From NCBI GenBank assembly GCA_030390025.1, contig CM059432.1, positions 43,774,001-43,838,000 on the forward strand: a stretch of DNA of 64,000 nucleotides. Reading direction: 5' to 3'. The position numbers were made by a program, and so were the translations under genes. The stretch comes from Squalus acanthias (taxonomy: Eukaryota). This document shows, piece after piece, positions 26,480 through 39,041 of this stretch (position 1 is its first letter; each line of letters begins with the position of its first letter). Under the pieces are notes generated by a model. That model ran no database searches. It had not been told where the DNA came from and saw only the letters and a list, made by a program, of their open reading frames with translations.

Positions 26480-26835
26480 TGGTGAATTCTGCCAACAGTT
26501 TTCTGAAGCAGTTGAAGATTTACAAGAAATATTTGCTGCTCAATTTCATCAGTTCCACAGCTTAGAGACATTCAGAATTGGATAATTGATAATATGAGCA
26601 CCATATGTGTCTCTACTGAGAAAAAAAGTGGACTAAGCACGGACCCCTGGTGTACAGCAATTACCAACCCTTCTCCAATCTGAGCACCATACATTAACCT
26701 TAACCTTTTGTTTCCTGTCTGACAACCAACTGAATGCTGCTACTTTTGCTTTTATAAATAAAAACACAAGGCACTAAACAAATGCCATCTGAAACCCAAT
26801 ATGCACTACATCTGCTGCGTTCCCTTTATCTACCT
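26480..26835 (-). mobile_element. Highly decayed CR1 RT fragment; ends approximate
   Basis: Reverse complement CCAGGGGTCCGTGCTTAGTCC (PGSVL.P) and GTAGATAAAGGGAACGCAGCAGATGTAGTG (VDKGNAADVV). Confidence 0.55.
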
Positions 26836-26923
26836 AATATATATATATATTATATAAAAACAGAAAATGCTGGAAACACTCAGCAGGTCAGGCAGCATCT
26901 GTGGAGAGAGGAACAGAGTTAAC

Positions 26924-29710
26924 GGGCTCAATTTTAATAGCCCTGAGGAGGCGGGTTTGGAGGCGTGTCAGCTGCGAAAATCGGAAAAATTGGTTTCAGA
27001 CACCCATCCAGCCTCCACACGATTTTCGTGAGTGTCTGTTCAGCTGCTCCCAAACTGACCCGACTGGAACCAGTGGGACAGGTAGTTAAGAGCCTATTGA
27101 CTGCCTTGATAATCCTATTTTGATAGAGGTTTCTCATTTTCGTGCCTCTGGCTCCTGTTTCCCGTCTTGTCAGAAACAGTGCAAGGAGATGAGTTGGTGG
27201 AGGACATGATATGTGGTCATTATTGGTGCAGAACTTTAAAAGCATCCCTGTAACATGGCTGGCATTCAAATGCAACAACTTTGTTGTTGGAGGTTTGGGA
27301 TAAGATTTTGCAAATCTACTGACCTTGTGACTGGTCAAGCTGACACATATCTGCTGTTTGAACTGATTGGAATAATTTCAGGCCACGTTGAGTGTGCGCT
27401 TGCAAGCTTCTTGCCTCAACTGAAATCTATAACAATGGGATGGGAACCATTTACATTCTCTCATTCTGGTCATCAGATTTGGAGGCAGAGCAGCGCGGCT
27501 TAGTGCTGCCGGATGAACAAGTGGCTCAGCACACAGCCTCCTTCAAGGACGAGGAAGAGGACGAGTAGGAGGATGGGGAGTGACGCCTTGCGGGGCCGGA
27601 TGTGGCCAATCCAGCAGCAGACGACCACATTGATGGCCGTCAGGGAAGGGATGCACTCATCCATGTCAGATTCGCATAAGCTAACGCTTCAACCACAGGT
27701 GGCTGGCACATGGAGATGAATATAAGTCCGACATCCTCAAAACCCCAGGCATCATCTGTCCAATAAACGGTGGTTTGCGCTCAGTGTCACCACCATCATT
27801 CAACATGGAAATCGCCCTGAGCCCTCACTCTTGAACTTCCATGTCCCAGAACACAGAGGCCACACTTTAGGTGATCTCAGCAGATCATTAAACCTTTTTC
27901 AACACTAAACCCATGTGCGTCTGCACACAGACCTCGAGCTCACCTTCTCAGCAATTTGCAGCCAAGCTGCCTTGGTTTGCTGAGGAGGCCTCCTCCTTCC
28001 GTTTCCAGGGAAGAGGAGCTCCTGACGTCCTCTAACTCCCTCCACAAGAGCATGGAGAGAGCCCTCATTGAACTGTGAAGGAATAAGCCATATAACCTAT
28101 TCAGAAAAATACACTATCTTATGAAAGAATTCTGGCCTTATTAAAACATGACAAACTGGGTTTGGAAATTTAGAAACCTAACTATGAAATAGCTATGAAA
28201 GCATTCTGGCTATTGAGATAAGACAGTTGTTGACCCTGAATAAATAAACTTATTGAAACAGAAGGTAAAGGGTTCCGACAGGCAGACCTTTGGGAACAAA
28301 AATAATGGTTCACCATGGATAAGGTGTTCTAATTTACACTTCGTAAAGAGGCACATAAGATAAGGAACATCTGCCCTCGTAAAGATGACATAAAGTAAGG
28401 AACACCTGCCGTCACACCGTTTTTATATGGTAAACTTAGAACACCTAGAGAGGAGACACAAGTCTGGCTGAGGTGGCAGTAAGAGTTGCAGAGGTCGGCA
28501 GAAAAATTACTAGAGATAATTAGCTTGCATCAGCAGAAAACCTTAAAGGAAATACCACTGGAAAAAGGTATAAATATTGAAAACTCAAATAGGATAACAG
28601 ACTCGCTTTAATCGGGCAAAGCGATTCTCGGCTTCAGAGGCAGCTCTAAGTCTCCAACTCTTTGTACCTCGGGGATCAAAGGTATTTGATTTTGGTGGAT
28701 ATCCTGTAGAACACTAAGAACTGTAATACTGTAGTGAAGTTAAGATTTAAAAGTAAGATTCCCTGATAATAAGATTGTAAGTTTTCTCTTTTTGGAACTG
28801 TTAATGTTGCGATTGACTCACCAACTGTAAATTACATGTCGGTTCTTTAATAAATCTATATATTTTTAGAATTGTCTCACATAAGACTTCTGTATCAAAA
28901 ACTCACAAACTCAATCTCTGTACACTCTTTGGTGAGGAGTTGCAGAATTCTGAGGGAGTTTTCCGGACCCTCAATATCCGGAATGTTACAGTCTAGCTAA
29001 ACTTATTAAAAGTGCTATCTGGAGCATGGTAACATTCTCGGGTTATTCCTTTCCTTTAGGGAGAGATAGCTCGGACCTTTAGATCCAATTAAACGTCTTT
29101 AGGATTCGGCTACCTCAAACTTTAGTTGAAAGTGAACGTCTTGAGAAATACGCCTGATCCAGAGTAGCCCTAAAGGGACTAGTACTAGTAATTATCCCTT
29201 CAGAACCTGGGTGCAGCCTTAGTTTTTGGGGCTGCCATTCCTGCAGCTCCCAGCACCTTTAAGATAAAAAAGCATTAATATTACTAAGCAAATGATTGGA
29301 ACACATCTGGCATCTTTTTCATTTCATAGTCAGATAATAAAGCCATATATCAAAAAATCATGAATCTCTTTCTGGAATAATATGACCAGCAATATCATTC
29401 ATTAAATTTTGCTCAGATCAGACGCTGTCAACTCCCCTTTCAAGATAATAAAGCACCAAGCCATCCCAATGACATTTGTATGCAAAGGGGACATGGCCGC
29501 TTTAAATTTTCAAACAAACAACGCATCATCAGACGCGAGAAACTGACATCCTCCAAGCAATTGCCTGGAGGGACCCGACCCGCACATCGCTGTAACGAGG
29601 CCAATGAAGCCACAATTGGAATTTCTGGGAGGAGGCAGCCGGGTGCGGGTCCGAAAGCTGCTGAGCAGCGGGCCCGCCCTCAACCCGCCTCTGTTATTAA
29701 AATCAAGCCC
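26924..29710. mobile_element. Harbinger internal-deletion derivative with remnants of the transposase ends and Myb exon 1
   Basis: TIR GGGCTCAATTTTAATA / TATTAAAATCAAGCCC, AAC TSD; minus strand AAPRF|NEGSLHALVEGV...LFP.NGRR; acidic tract near 27545. Confidence 0.88.
28074..29202 (+). mobile_element. Solo LTR (1129 bp) of an ERV or LTR retrotransposon
   Basis: TG...CA ends (TGTGAAGG...CCCTTCA), 4-bp GAAC TSD, TATAAA at ~28569, AATAAA at ~28849; splits Myb exon 1 cleanly. Confidence 0.85.
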
Positions 29711-30400
29711 AACGTTTCAGGTCAATGACCTTTAGACAGAACTGGAAAAGTTTAGAGATGTAACAGGTTTTAAGCAAGTGCAGGGGCAGGGAAAGGGGGG
29801 AGGGGAGGAAAGAAAAAAGGGGACGGTCTGTGATAGGGTGGAAGGCAGGAGAGATTAAATGACAAAAGGTATGGTGGTGCAAGGCAAAAGGAGATGGTAA
29901 TGGGACAAGTAAAGAAACAAAAGATGGGTCTAGAAGAGGTGTAAATGGGAATGGCAGAATCATCAACAGCTACCATCTGAAAAGATCAGGGCACAGGTTG
30001 TGGTCTGAAATTGTTGAACTTAATGTTGAGTCCAGAAGGCTGTAAAGTGCCTAATCGAAAGATGAGGTACTCCTCCTTGAGCTTACGTTGAGCTTCATTG
30101 GAACATTGCAGGAGGCTGAGGACAGAGAGGTCAGAGAGGGAGTGGAGCGGAGAATTAAAGTGACAGGTGACCAAAAGCTTCTGGTCACGCTTGCGGACTG
30201 AACAGAGGTGTTCCGCAAAGCAGTCAGCAATCTGCGTTTGGTCTCCCCAGTGTAGAGGAGACCGCATCATAAGCAATGAATACAGTATGTTAAATTGCAA
30301 GAAGTACAAGTAAATCGCTGTTTCGCCTGGAAGGAGTGTTTGGGGCCCTGGGTCTTTTATCTATCTATTTTGTCACTTCTTCAAAAAAAAACTCTGATTT

Positions 30401-30700
30401 GCCCACAGCAAGATGCCACAAACAGCAATGAGATACATTATTAGATCATCTATTTTAGTGATAAATATTGGCCAGGATATTGGAAGAACTCCCCTGCTCT
30501 ACTTTTGGGATCTTTATTTCCACCTGAGAGGACAGACAGGACCTCAGTTTAATGTTTCATCCTAAAGATGGCACCTCCAACACTGCAACATTTCTTCAGT
30601 GAAGTGTTTGTCTAGAACATCTAGAATACTTGCTCAAATGTCTGAGTGGGGCTTGAACCAACGATGATCTGTCTGACGTGAGAGTACTATCACTAAACCA
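30401..30700 (-). mobile_element. Deu-domain SINE (SacSINE1-like), decayed
   Basis: Reverse complement resembles 61790-62083; B box GGTTCAAGCCCC, AAAGATCCCA and TTGTGGCATCTTGCTGTG blocks. Confidence 0.7.
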
Positions 30701-31430
30701 ATGTTGACACTTTGGCAATTAACTTTTAGAGTTAATATAAATGGTAATTTTATAAAGTTGAGCCTCCAAGAGCATATATTGGGATTTTAGCTTGCACTCC
30801 CCACAATTTTCCAATTAAAGGATGGAAAACTGCGGGGAGGGCATACCCAAATTCTAGATATAAATTCCTGCCAGGCAAGGCTCTTCGGTGGGAGTGCGAA
30901 TTAGTAAACCAATCCGTATAGTACCAGCATCATAGAATCATAGGGGCAAAATTCGGTTGCTTAGCGCCTCCCATTAGCGCCTGTGGGGGGGTGCTAGCGG
31001 GGCGCTAGGATGTTAGCGCCCGAGTGCGGTGATTTTAGCGCCGCTCACGAAATTGACCAGACATTTTGCGGCGGCGCTAAACACTACTGCCACAATCTCC
31101 TGCGTCTGCAGATCGTGACGTCAGTCGAGCATGCAATGCCCCGGTAGCACCCCGGACCGGATATTGAGTCGCGCCCCCTGCTTTTCCACCTGCCGCTAGC
31201 AACGACAGGCAGAGGGGAACGTTTTGCAGTCAGGAAGGGGCTGGGGGAGCGCTATTTAAAGGCGGCCACTTCCTGCCTTTTCTTGTCAGCAAAATTTTTG
31301 CACCACGCATGCTGAGAGGGAGAGAGACTTCTGGAGAGATTCAACACTGTGTGAAGGAGTTTTGGGTCCTGAGCAGCACTTTGCAGGTTCATTTTTATTT
31401 CACCTTCATTCCAGCGATTTAGAAGAGACT

Positions 31431-32604
31431 ATGGGGGCTGCACTGAATCGGGGCGTTGTCCTGCACCTGCAGAATCGGAGGCAGTAGAGGCGCAGAGAGA
31501 GTGGCAAACATGGCCAGAGGGAGGAGGGCCAACAGGCCTCTGCACAGGAGACCTTACCCTCCGAGGGTATTCAGGGAGCAGTTCTCATAACTTCATTTGT
31601 CTGAGGAGCAGTGTTTGTTCAGGCTGTACTTCAGCAAGGAGGTGGTCACTGAGCTCTGCCACCTGCTGCAACCAGATCTGCAGCCTCAACTGAGGACCAG
31701 GACGTCTCTGTCTCTGGCAGTGAAGGTGACAGTGGCTCTGAATTTTTATGCCAGCGGTTCCTTTCAAGCTTCTACTGGGGACATCGCCAATGTCTCCCAG
31801 TTCGCTGCCCATTGTTGTATCCGGGAGGTGACAAATGCCCTGTATAAAAGGAGACGCCAGTACATCTCTTTCTCCATGACCCGGGGCAAGCAGCACAAAC
31901 GCGCATGTGGCTTTGCTAGGATAGCGGGCTTCCCCATGGTGCAGGGCGCCATTGATTGCACGCATGTGGCATTGTGGGCACCGCATGAAAATGCAGAGGT
32001 ATTCCGAAACCGCAAGGGCTACCACTCCTTAAATGTGCAGTTGGTCTGTGACCACAGACAGCTCATACTCGCCGTCAATGCCCGCTATCCTGGCAGCAGC
32101 CATGATGCTTTCATCCTGCGCCAGACTGGTGTGCCAGACCTTTTCCAGGCACCGCATCACTCAAGTGGATGGCTCCTCGGGGACAAGGGTTATCCACTCT
32201 GCACCTGGCTGATGACACCGCTCCGTAACCCCAACACCCCTGCCGAGCTGCGGTATAATGAGAGCCATAGCGCCACCAGCAACATAATTGAGCAGACGAT
32301 CGGCATGCTGAAGCAACGGTTCTGCTGTCTGGACCACTCAGGAGGAGCCCTGCAGTACTCTCCTGAGCGAGTCTCCCTGTTCATAGTTGTGTGCTACATG
32401 CTTCACAACCTTGCAATCCAGAGGACCCAGCCAATGCCACCAGGGATTGGTGCACCAACTGAGGAGGGGGAGGAGTAGGATGAGGAGGAAGAGGAGGAGT
32501 AGGATGAGGAGGAGGATCAGCAGCAGCTCCAACGTGGGAGGGAGGTGCACAATGTTGCCAGTGCAAGGGCCGTCCGTGAACGGCTGATAAGAAGCTGCTT
32601 CTAG
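31431..32604 (+). pseudogene. Harbinger DDE transposase of H2; catalytic core still open over 31597-32478
   Basis: GAIDCTH, NRKGYHSLNVQLVCD, YPGSSHD, LLGDKGY, IEQTIGMLK, LHN; stops in the N-terminus and the poly-Glu tail. Confidence 0.95.
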
Positions 32605-32879
32605 GCCTCTACTGAGAAGATGACTTCTGGCATGGAGAACATCATGGAAAGCAACCTGCACCCCCTATTGCCGGCCAAAGCTGGAATGATTCAAAAGACC
32701 AAAAATGTAAATTTTGAATTAAAAAAACGTATTTATTTAACAAACTCTGTGTGTGTCATTTATTCAGGACAAACAATGAGAAACCAACACAGCAAATCAT
32801 GAACTAACAGAACTCGTTCTCACAAGATGGAGATAAATGGCAAAACAGTAAACAAATATAATCACACGAACCTCGACCT

Positions 32880-34736
32880 TTACCACAAACATTGCCACCA
32901 TTTATTTAGACCTCCTACTGTTTGCCCTTCGAGGGTGATCTCCATCCCCTGCGCACGTCCCCCCCTTCCCACCCTACTGCTCCTCCGCAATGGGGCCTCA
33001 GTGGCTGCAGCAAGGCTGGTGGAAGGCTGCTGAATGTCAGATCCAGAGACTGCAGATGCCCTTGAAGGACACCCTCGACCAGCTCTGGGCCTGGAGGCCC
33101 CAGCTGCAAACTGCACCAACTCTGCATGGGCGGCAGCAGTCTGGGCTGGCTGTGTAGCAGGCGGTGGCATGTGCAATGGGGAAGTGCCAGTGGTGGGAGC
33201 AGGAATGCTGTCATCCTGAGAGAGGACAGCACCTCCCTGCTCGACCGACACAATGGCACTCCCACAGGGCAGCACATCAGCATCCGGAGCAATCTGCTTG
33301 AGCACAGATTGCTGGCCTGCTGCAGTACTGTGAGATCTCCGAGGGACTGAGGGCGACCCAGAAGGATGGCAGCAGTCAGTGCTTGCGTGACATCAATCTG
33401 AGACTGCATGAGAGCAGTCTGAGACTGGATGGCACCAGCCAATGACTGAATTGCAGCACTAAGCCGTTGCAGACTGCTCCACACTCCTAGCCAGTCCATC
33501 CATGCTTTCGGGCACCCTTGCCATTGCCCCCATGAGCTCAGTGTACATGCTCAAGGCCTGGCTATTCATGGCTGCGATGGCGCGGTCCTCATTTGCCTAC
33601 TCACCCTCTGGGGAGCTGGCCCCCGAGCTTCCCTACCCACCATGGCGTTGCTGCAGCCCGCTGGGTCCAGGAGCTTCGCCCTCATCAGACCCTACCCCCC
33701 CCCCACCCACCGCCCCGCTCCACTCCAGGGAAGGCGTGGTCCCAGTGTCGGAATTGGCTCCCTCGGGAGATGCAGGCGGTGAGGCTCCGGCTTCCTCTTC
33801 CTCCTCGTCTGGTGCGTCGTTACCACTGTTAGGTTGAGGAACAGGCTGGTCAGCTGGTGGTTCACTATCTGAAAGCAGGGAGGTACAAGAGTGGCTTTAG
33901 CGTGAGGACAGGAGGGCAGTAAGGGAGTAAGGACTGGAGACAATTAGTAAGTTGGATTGAAAGTGTAAAAGGCTGGTGTTGTGAGGGGCAAGTGGTATGA
34001 GAGAGGAGAGAAAGCTGACGAACATACCATTGCTGTCCCCAAGGGGGTCGACCTCTCCAGCAGCCACGGCACCTATGACCTGGCTGGCAACGATCCTGTA
34101 CATGTGCACATCCAAATCGGTGAGGGTGTGTAGGTCAGCCGGTCCTCCTCCCGTGCGTTGCTGCTCCCGCCTGTTGTGAGAGAGCTTGGCCTGCAAGAAA
34201 AAGGATGGCGTCTGAGTGAATGTGTAGCCATGTGCTGGCCTGATGTGCCTCCCATAGCTGTATAGCCCTTAATGTATGCAGCCATGTGCTTGCCTGATGT
34301 GTCTCCCATAGTTGAATAGCCCTTAATATATGCAGCCATGTGCTTGCCTGATGTGCCTCCCATAGTTCAATAGCCCTTAATGTATGCAAGGTGTGGAATG
34401 TGCGTGTGTGTTTTGTGAGATGGACATAGGCTTGGATGAGTGTTGGGCATTTGGGGTTTTTAAACCCTCTGGGCACAGAGTGAATTTGAGATGGAGGGAC
34501 GTAGAGGCATTGAAAAGCAGCCACTCACCCTGACCACCCGAGTGGGTCCTCGGCACCAGGCTCCTCGAGGAGACGTGCTGAGCCACCTCCCTCCAGACTC
34601 TTCTGTACTCCCGGGGCAACGGCCTCCTACCACTCTCTGGGTAGAGCACTGCCCGTCGCTGCTCCACAGCGCCAACCACAGCCACCAAGGCCTGGTTGCT
34701 GAAGCGTTGAGCTCTCTCTCTGGGCCTATCCATCAT
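32880..34736 (-). pseudogene. Harbinger Myb/SANT gene of H2; predicted exons 34736-34529, 34190-34028, 33868-~32880
   Basis: MMDRPRERAQRFSNQALVAVV...WREVAQHV; the RKKFNDL helix is deleted; GT-AG introns homologous to H1. Confidence 0.85.
34221..34388. repeat. 54-bp unit repeated about three times in H2 Myb intron 1
   Basis: GCAGCCATGTGCTTGCCTGATGTGCCTCCCATAGTT.AATAGCCCTTAAT.TAT repeated. Confidence 0.9.
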
Positions 34737-36940
34737 TCCTCTCAGCAGAATGGTGCTAGGTCTTTCCAGCACCAGAGTCAACGCTACAATGAGAAGGGCG
34801 TGGCTGGCTAGCAAGATGGACACTCCCCTTTAAGAATTGGCTGGCGCCAGTCTGTCTGTGTTCCATTGCTAACTGACATCACCTGAGCTTCGGTAGCGCT
34901 CTGAGGTAGCGCCTCGCTCCTCGGCGTTAACGCCTTAAGAGAGGTATGTAGCGCGTGATTTAGCGCTCAAATCACCTCCAGGGGCGATAGAGGCGAATTT
35001 TGCAGTCGGAGGCGATAATTAGCAGCAGGCGCTAAACTTTGAGTCCGGCCGATATTAGCGCCCCAAACGAGGCAATACCGAATTTCTCCCCCATAGAATC
35101 ATAGAATGGTTACAGCACAGAAGGAGGCCATTCAGCCCATCGAGCCTGTGCCAGCTCTCTGCAAGAGCACTTCAGCTAGTCCCACTCCCCCGCCCTTTCC
35201 CCATAGCCCTTCAAATTTTTTTTCTTCAAGTACTTATCCAGTTCCCTTTTGAAAGCCATGATTGAATCTACCTCCACTACCCTTTCAGGCAGTGCATTCC
35301 AGAGCTGATCCATTCGCTGCATAAAAAAGTTTTTCCTCATGTCGCCTTTGGTTCTTCTGCCAATCACCTTAAATCTGTGTCCTCTGGTTCTCGACCCTTC
35401 CGCCAAAAGGAACAGTTTCTCTCTCTACTCTGTCCGGACCCTTCATGATTTTGAACACCTCTATCTAATCTCCTCTCACCCTTCTCTGTTCTAAGGAGAA
35501 CAACCCCAGCTTCTCCAGTCTCTGCACATAACTGAAGTCCCTCATCCCTGGAACCATCCTTGTAAATCTTTTCTGTACCCTCTCTAAGGCCTTCACATCC
35601 TTTCTAAAGTGCGGTGCCCAGAATTGGACACAATACTCCAGTTGAGGCCGAACCAGTATTTTATAAAGGTTCATCATAACTTCCTTGCTTTTGTACTCTA
35701 TGCCTCTATTTATGAAACCCAGGATCCCATTTGCTATTTTAACCGCTTTCTCAACCTGCCCTGCCACCTTCAACGATTTGTGCACATATATCCACAGGTC
35801 TCTCTGTTCATGCACCCACTTTAGAATTGTACCCTTTAGTTTATATTGCCTCTCCTCATTCTTCCTACCAAAATGTATCACTTCGCACTTTTCTGCGTTA
35901 AATTTCATCTACCACGTGTCCGCCCATTCCACCAGACTGTCTATGTTCTCTTGAAGTCTATCACTCTCCTAGAACATAAGAGCATAAGAAATAGGAGCAG
36001 GAGTAGGCCATTTGGCCCTTTGAGCCTGCTCTGACATTCAATAAGACCATGGCTGATCTTCTATCTCATCTCCACGTTCCTGCACTATCCCCATATCCCT
36101 TGATTCCCTTAATATTGAAAATTCTATCGATCTCTGTCTTGAATATACTCAACGACTGAGCCTCCACAGCCCTCTGAGGTAGCGAATTCCAAAGATTCAC
36201 CACCCTCTGAGTGAAGAAATTTCTCCTCATCTCAGTCCTAAATGGCCGACCCCTTATTCTGAGCTTGTGACCCCTAGTTCTAGACTCCCCAGCCAGGGGA
36301 AACATCCTCCCTGCATCTACCCTGTCAAGCCCTGTAAGAATTTTGTATGTTTCAATGAGATCACCTCTCTTTCTTCTAAACTCTAGAGAATATAGGCCTA
36401 GTCTACTCAATCTCTCCTCATAGGACAATCCCCCCATCCCAGGAACCAGACTGGTGAACGTTCGTTGCACTCCCTCTATGGCAAGTATATCCTTCCTTAG
36501 GTAAGGAGACCAAAACTGCACACAATACTTCAGGTGTGGTCTCACCAGGGCCCTTTATAATTGCAGTAAGACGTCTTTACTCTTATACTCAAATCGTTTT
36601 GTAATAAAGGCCAACATACCATTTGCTTTCCTAATTGCTTGCTGTACCTGCAGGTTAACTTTCAGTGATTCTTGTACACTGACACCCAGGTCCCTCTGAA
36701 CACCAACATTTCCCAATCACTCACCGTTTAAAAAATACTCTGCTTTTCTATTTTTCCTACCAAAGTGGATAACCTCACATTTCTCCACATTATATTCCAT
36801 TTGTCATAATCTTACCCATTCACTTAGCCTGTCTATATCCCCTTCAAGCCTCTTTGCATCCTCCTCACAACTTGCATTCCCACCCAGCTTTGTATCATCA
36901 GCAAATTTGGATATATTACATTTGGTCCCCTCATCCAAAT

Positions 36941-37125
36941 CATAGAAACATAGAAGATAGGAGCAGGAGTAGGCCATTCGGCCCCTCGAGCCTGCTCCGC
37001 CATTCGATGAGATCATGGCTGATCATCCAAACTTAGTACCCTGTACCTGCCTTCTCCCCATATCCCTTGATACCTTTAGCTTTAAGAAATATATCTAACT
37101 CATTCTTGAATATATTTAATGACTT
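36941..37125 (-). mobile_element. Short 3' fragment of a third CR1 family (C)
   Basis: SLNIFKNELDIFLKAKGIKGYGEKAG followed by UTR and (TTTCTATG)n tail. Confidence 0.85.
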
Positions 37126-37358
37126 GAAGTAGATTGTGAATAGCTGAGGCCTAAGCACTGATTCTTGCGGTACCCCACTAGTTACAGCCTGCCACCCCGA
37201 AAATGACCCATTTATTCCTACTCTCTGTTTTCTGTCAGTTAACCAATCCTCAATTGATGCTAGTATATTACCTCCAATCCCATGAGCCCTAATTTTGTTT
37301 AATAACCTCTTGTGTGGCACCTTATCGAATACCTTCTGAAAATCCAAATACACCCCAT

Positions 37359-39041
37359 TGTAGAGATTCACGTATCTCTGGTAAACAGGATCGAGTGCAA
37401 ACCAATATGGTGGGTATATTGTGTTTAATCAGAGTTTAGGACGGAATACAACACACTAGTAATACAGCAAAAACATACGACCGTGACAAGCAGCTGGTAC
37501 CGGACCCGATCAGACAGACGGGTGGCGTGCATGAACAGTTCTCTGGCTTCCGGCCTCTCTCTCTCTCTCTCTCTCTGGGGCCTCCGATGATGAGCATGGG
37601 ATCACTCTCAAAAGAGCATTCGACCAGCCCAACTTCTGCTCGGCTCTCCCCTCCACCGTCTGTGTGCAAGCCCTTGGGGTGTCACTTTTTATTCTCTTTT
37701 TAGGGGTGGGCCTGAGGCCAAGTTATTGACAAGACCATTTAACCTATAGAGGTTCCTCCAAAACTTCATCAACCAATGACAGCTCAAGTTCTTTGTCTTG
37801 GTTCTTGGATGAAAGCCCTCCCCAAAAAAGGGCCTCATTACTTCATCCAATTTATCTTTCTTGTTTTTACATTTTGAAGGTTCCTCCATTGGAATCCATC
37901 CTATCTCTTTTAGAAACATAGAAACATAGAATCTAGGAGCAGGAGTAGGCCATTCGGCCCGTCGAGCCTGCTCCACCATTCAATACGATCATGGCTGATC
38001 ATCCAAATCCAGTACCCTGTCCCTGCTTTAATCCCCACAGTACACATATCCCACCCTACCCCCATAACCACACGTATTTAATTCCCCCTAACATATCCCA
38101 TCCTATCCCCATATCCCCACATATTTAATCCCCCCTCTAACACTAAGGGTCAATTTATCATAGCCAAATCAACCTAACCCGCACATTTTTGGACTGTGGG
38201 AGGAAACCGGAGCACCCGGAGGAAACCCACGCAGACACAGGGAGAATGTGCAAACTCCACACAGACAGTCACCCGAGGTCAGATTCGAACCCGGGTCTCT
38301 GGCGCTGTGAGGCACCAGTGCTAACCACTATGCCACCGTGACTCTATCCTCCTTAACCCAGCAAGTACAAGGCCCGGCCCTGTCCTTCTGGCCCCAGCCA
38401 GAGCTGTCGCACATTAACCAGTCGCTATCTCACCATTCTGACCTTCATGATTCCCTCCCCTTTTCTGCTGTGATCTTTTCTCTCAGAACTTTTACAGAGC
38501 CAGACTTCCCATGAATTACGCTGCTTTCAGTGTTCAATAGCTGTTGTTTTATACCTTTTTTTCCCTTTCAAAATACATGGCAATTTGCAGCTGCTTGGGC
38601 TTGCTCACCTTCACCTAACAAATGGCCCATTCTAAGATGGATACCTTAGCCTCCTCAAATTCCTTTCATTCTATGTCTTTTCCTAATTAACTTTTAATTA
38701 TCTTCACAAACAGTTCTGCTAAACAAACTCCAAATTCTATCTGTGGAGATTATAATATGGTTATTAGTAATAATGGAAGAAACATAGGTTGGGCCTTCAC
38801 TGGCCAAATTAAAGATACATTAACAAAGTCAAAACCCTAACTTACAAACAACAGAAAACTAGCCTGGCAGGACCATCCTATGGGCCCCCCGTGTGGAATG
38901 TTTATGTTTCACCTAATCTAACTGATTAAAAAGACTGTCTCAAATTCTAATGCAAGCTTTCCAGGAAAACGAAACTTATCATTTAAACACAGTATTATTC
39001 GTGTAGCCATATACATTTTTAGGCACCCCTAGTTTCTAACA
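37359..39041 (-). mobile_element. Probable solo LTR (~1.25 kb after removing the nested SINE)
   Basis: TG...CA ends, 4-bp CCAT TSD, CR1 continuous across it; AAAAAGGTATAAA on the minus strand at ~38547-38560. Confidence 0.78.
37911..38340 (-). mobile_element. V-SINE with a partially duplicated body joined to a CR1 family C tail
   Basis: Head and V-domain at 38340-38140; 38030-37911 matches 36941-37050. Confidence 0.85.

Larger units (their letters stand above)
26856..30351 (-). mobile_element. Penelope-like element 3' part (GIY-YIG endonuclease end + pseudo-LTR), split by a Harbinger derivative
   Basis: 29986-30309 translates to ...FAEHL.SVR...HFN...EAQRKL.E..LIFRLGTLQP.GLN; terminus GAAAATGCTGGAAACACTCAGCAGG; sequence is continuous across 26923/29711. 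Confidence 0.88.
30943..35092. mobile_element. Two-gene PIF/Harbinger transposon H2 (decayed)
   Basis: TIRs GGGGCAAAATTCGGT / ACCGAATTTCTCCCCC, ATA TSD, transposase (+) and Myb gene (-). Confidence 0.93.

Noticed and set aside
28930..28950. TGGTGAGGAG as a primer-binding site ending the LTR
   Set aside because: Not preceded by CA, no tRNA match that I recognise, and the TSD places the end at 29202
31431..32604. Domesticated HARBI1 gene (and NAIF1 for the Myb ORFs)
   Set aside because: The genes lie between TIRs with a TSD, occur in several copies and carry stops and frameshifts
34221..34388. CRISPR-like array or repeat protein (ORF 34073-34363)
   Set aside because: Contiguous tandem units with no spacers, in a eukaryotic transposon intron
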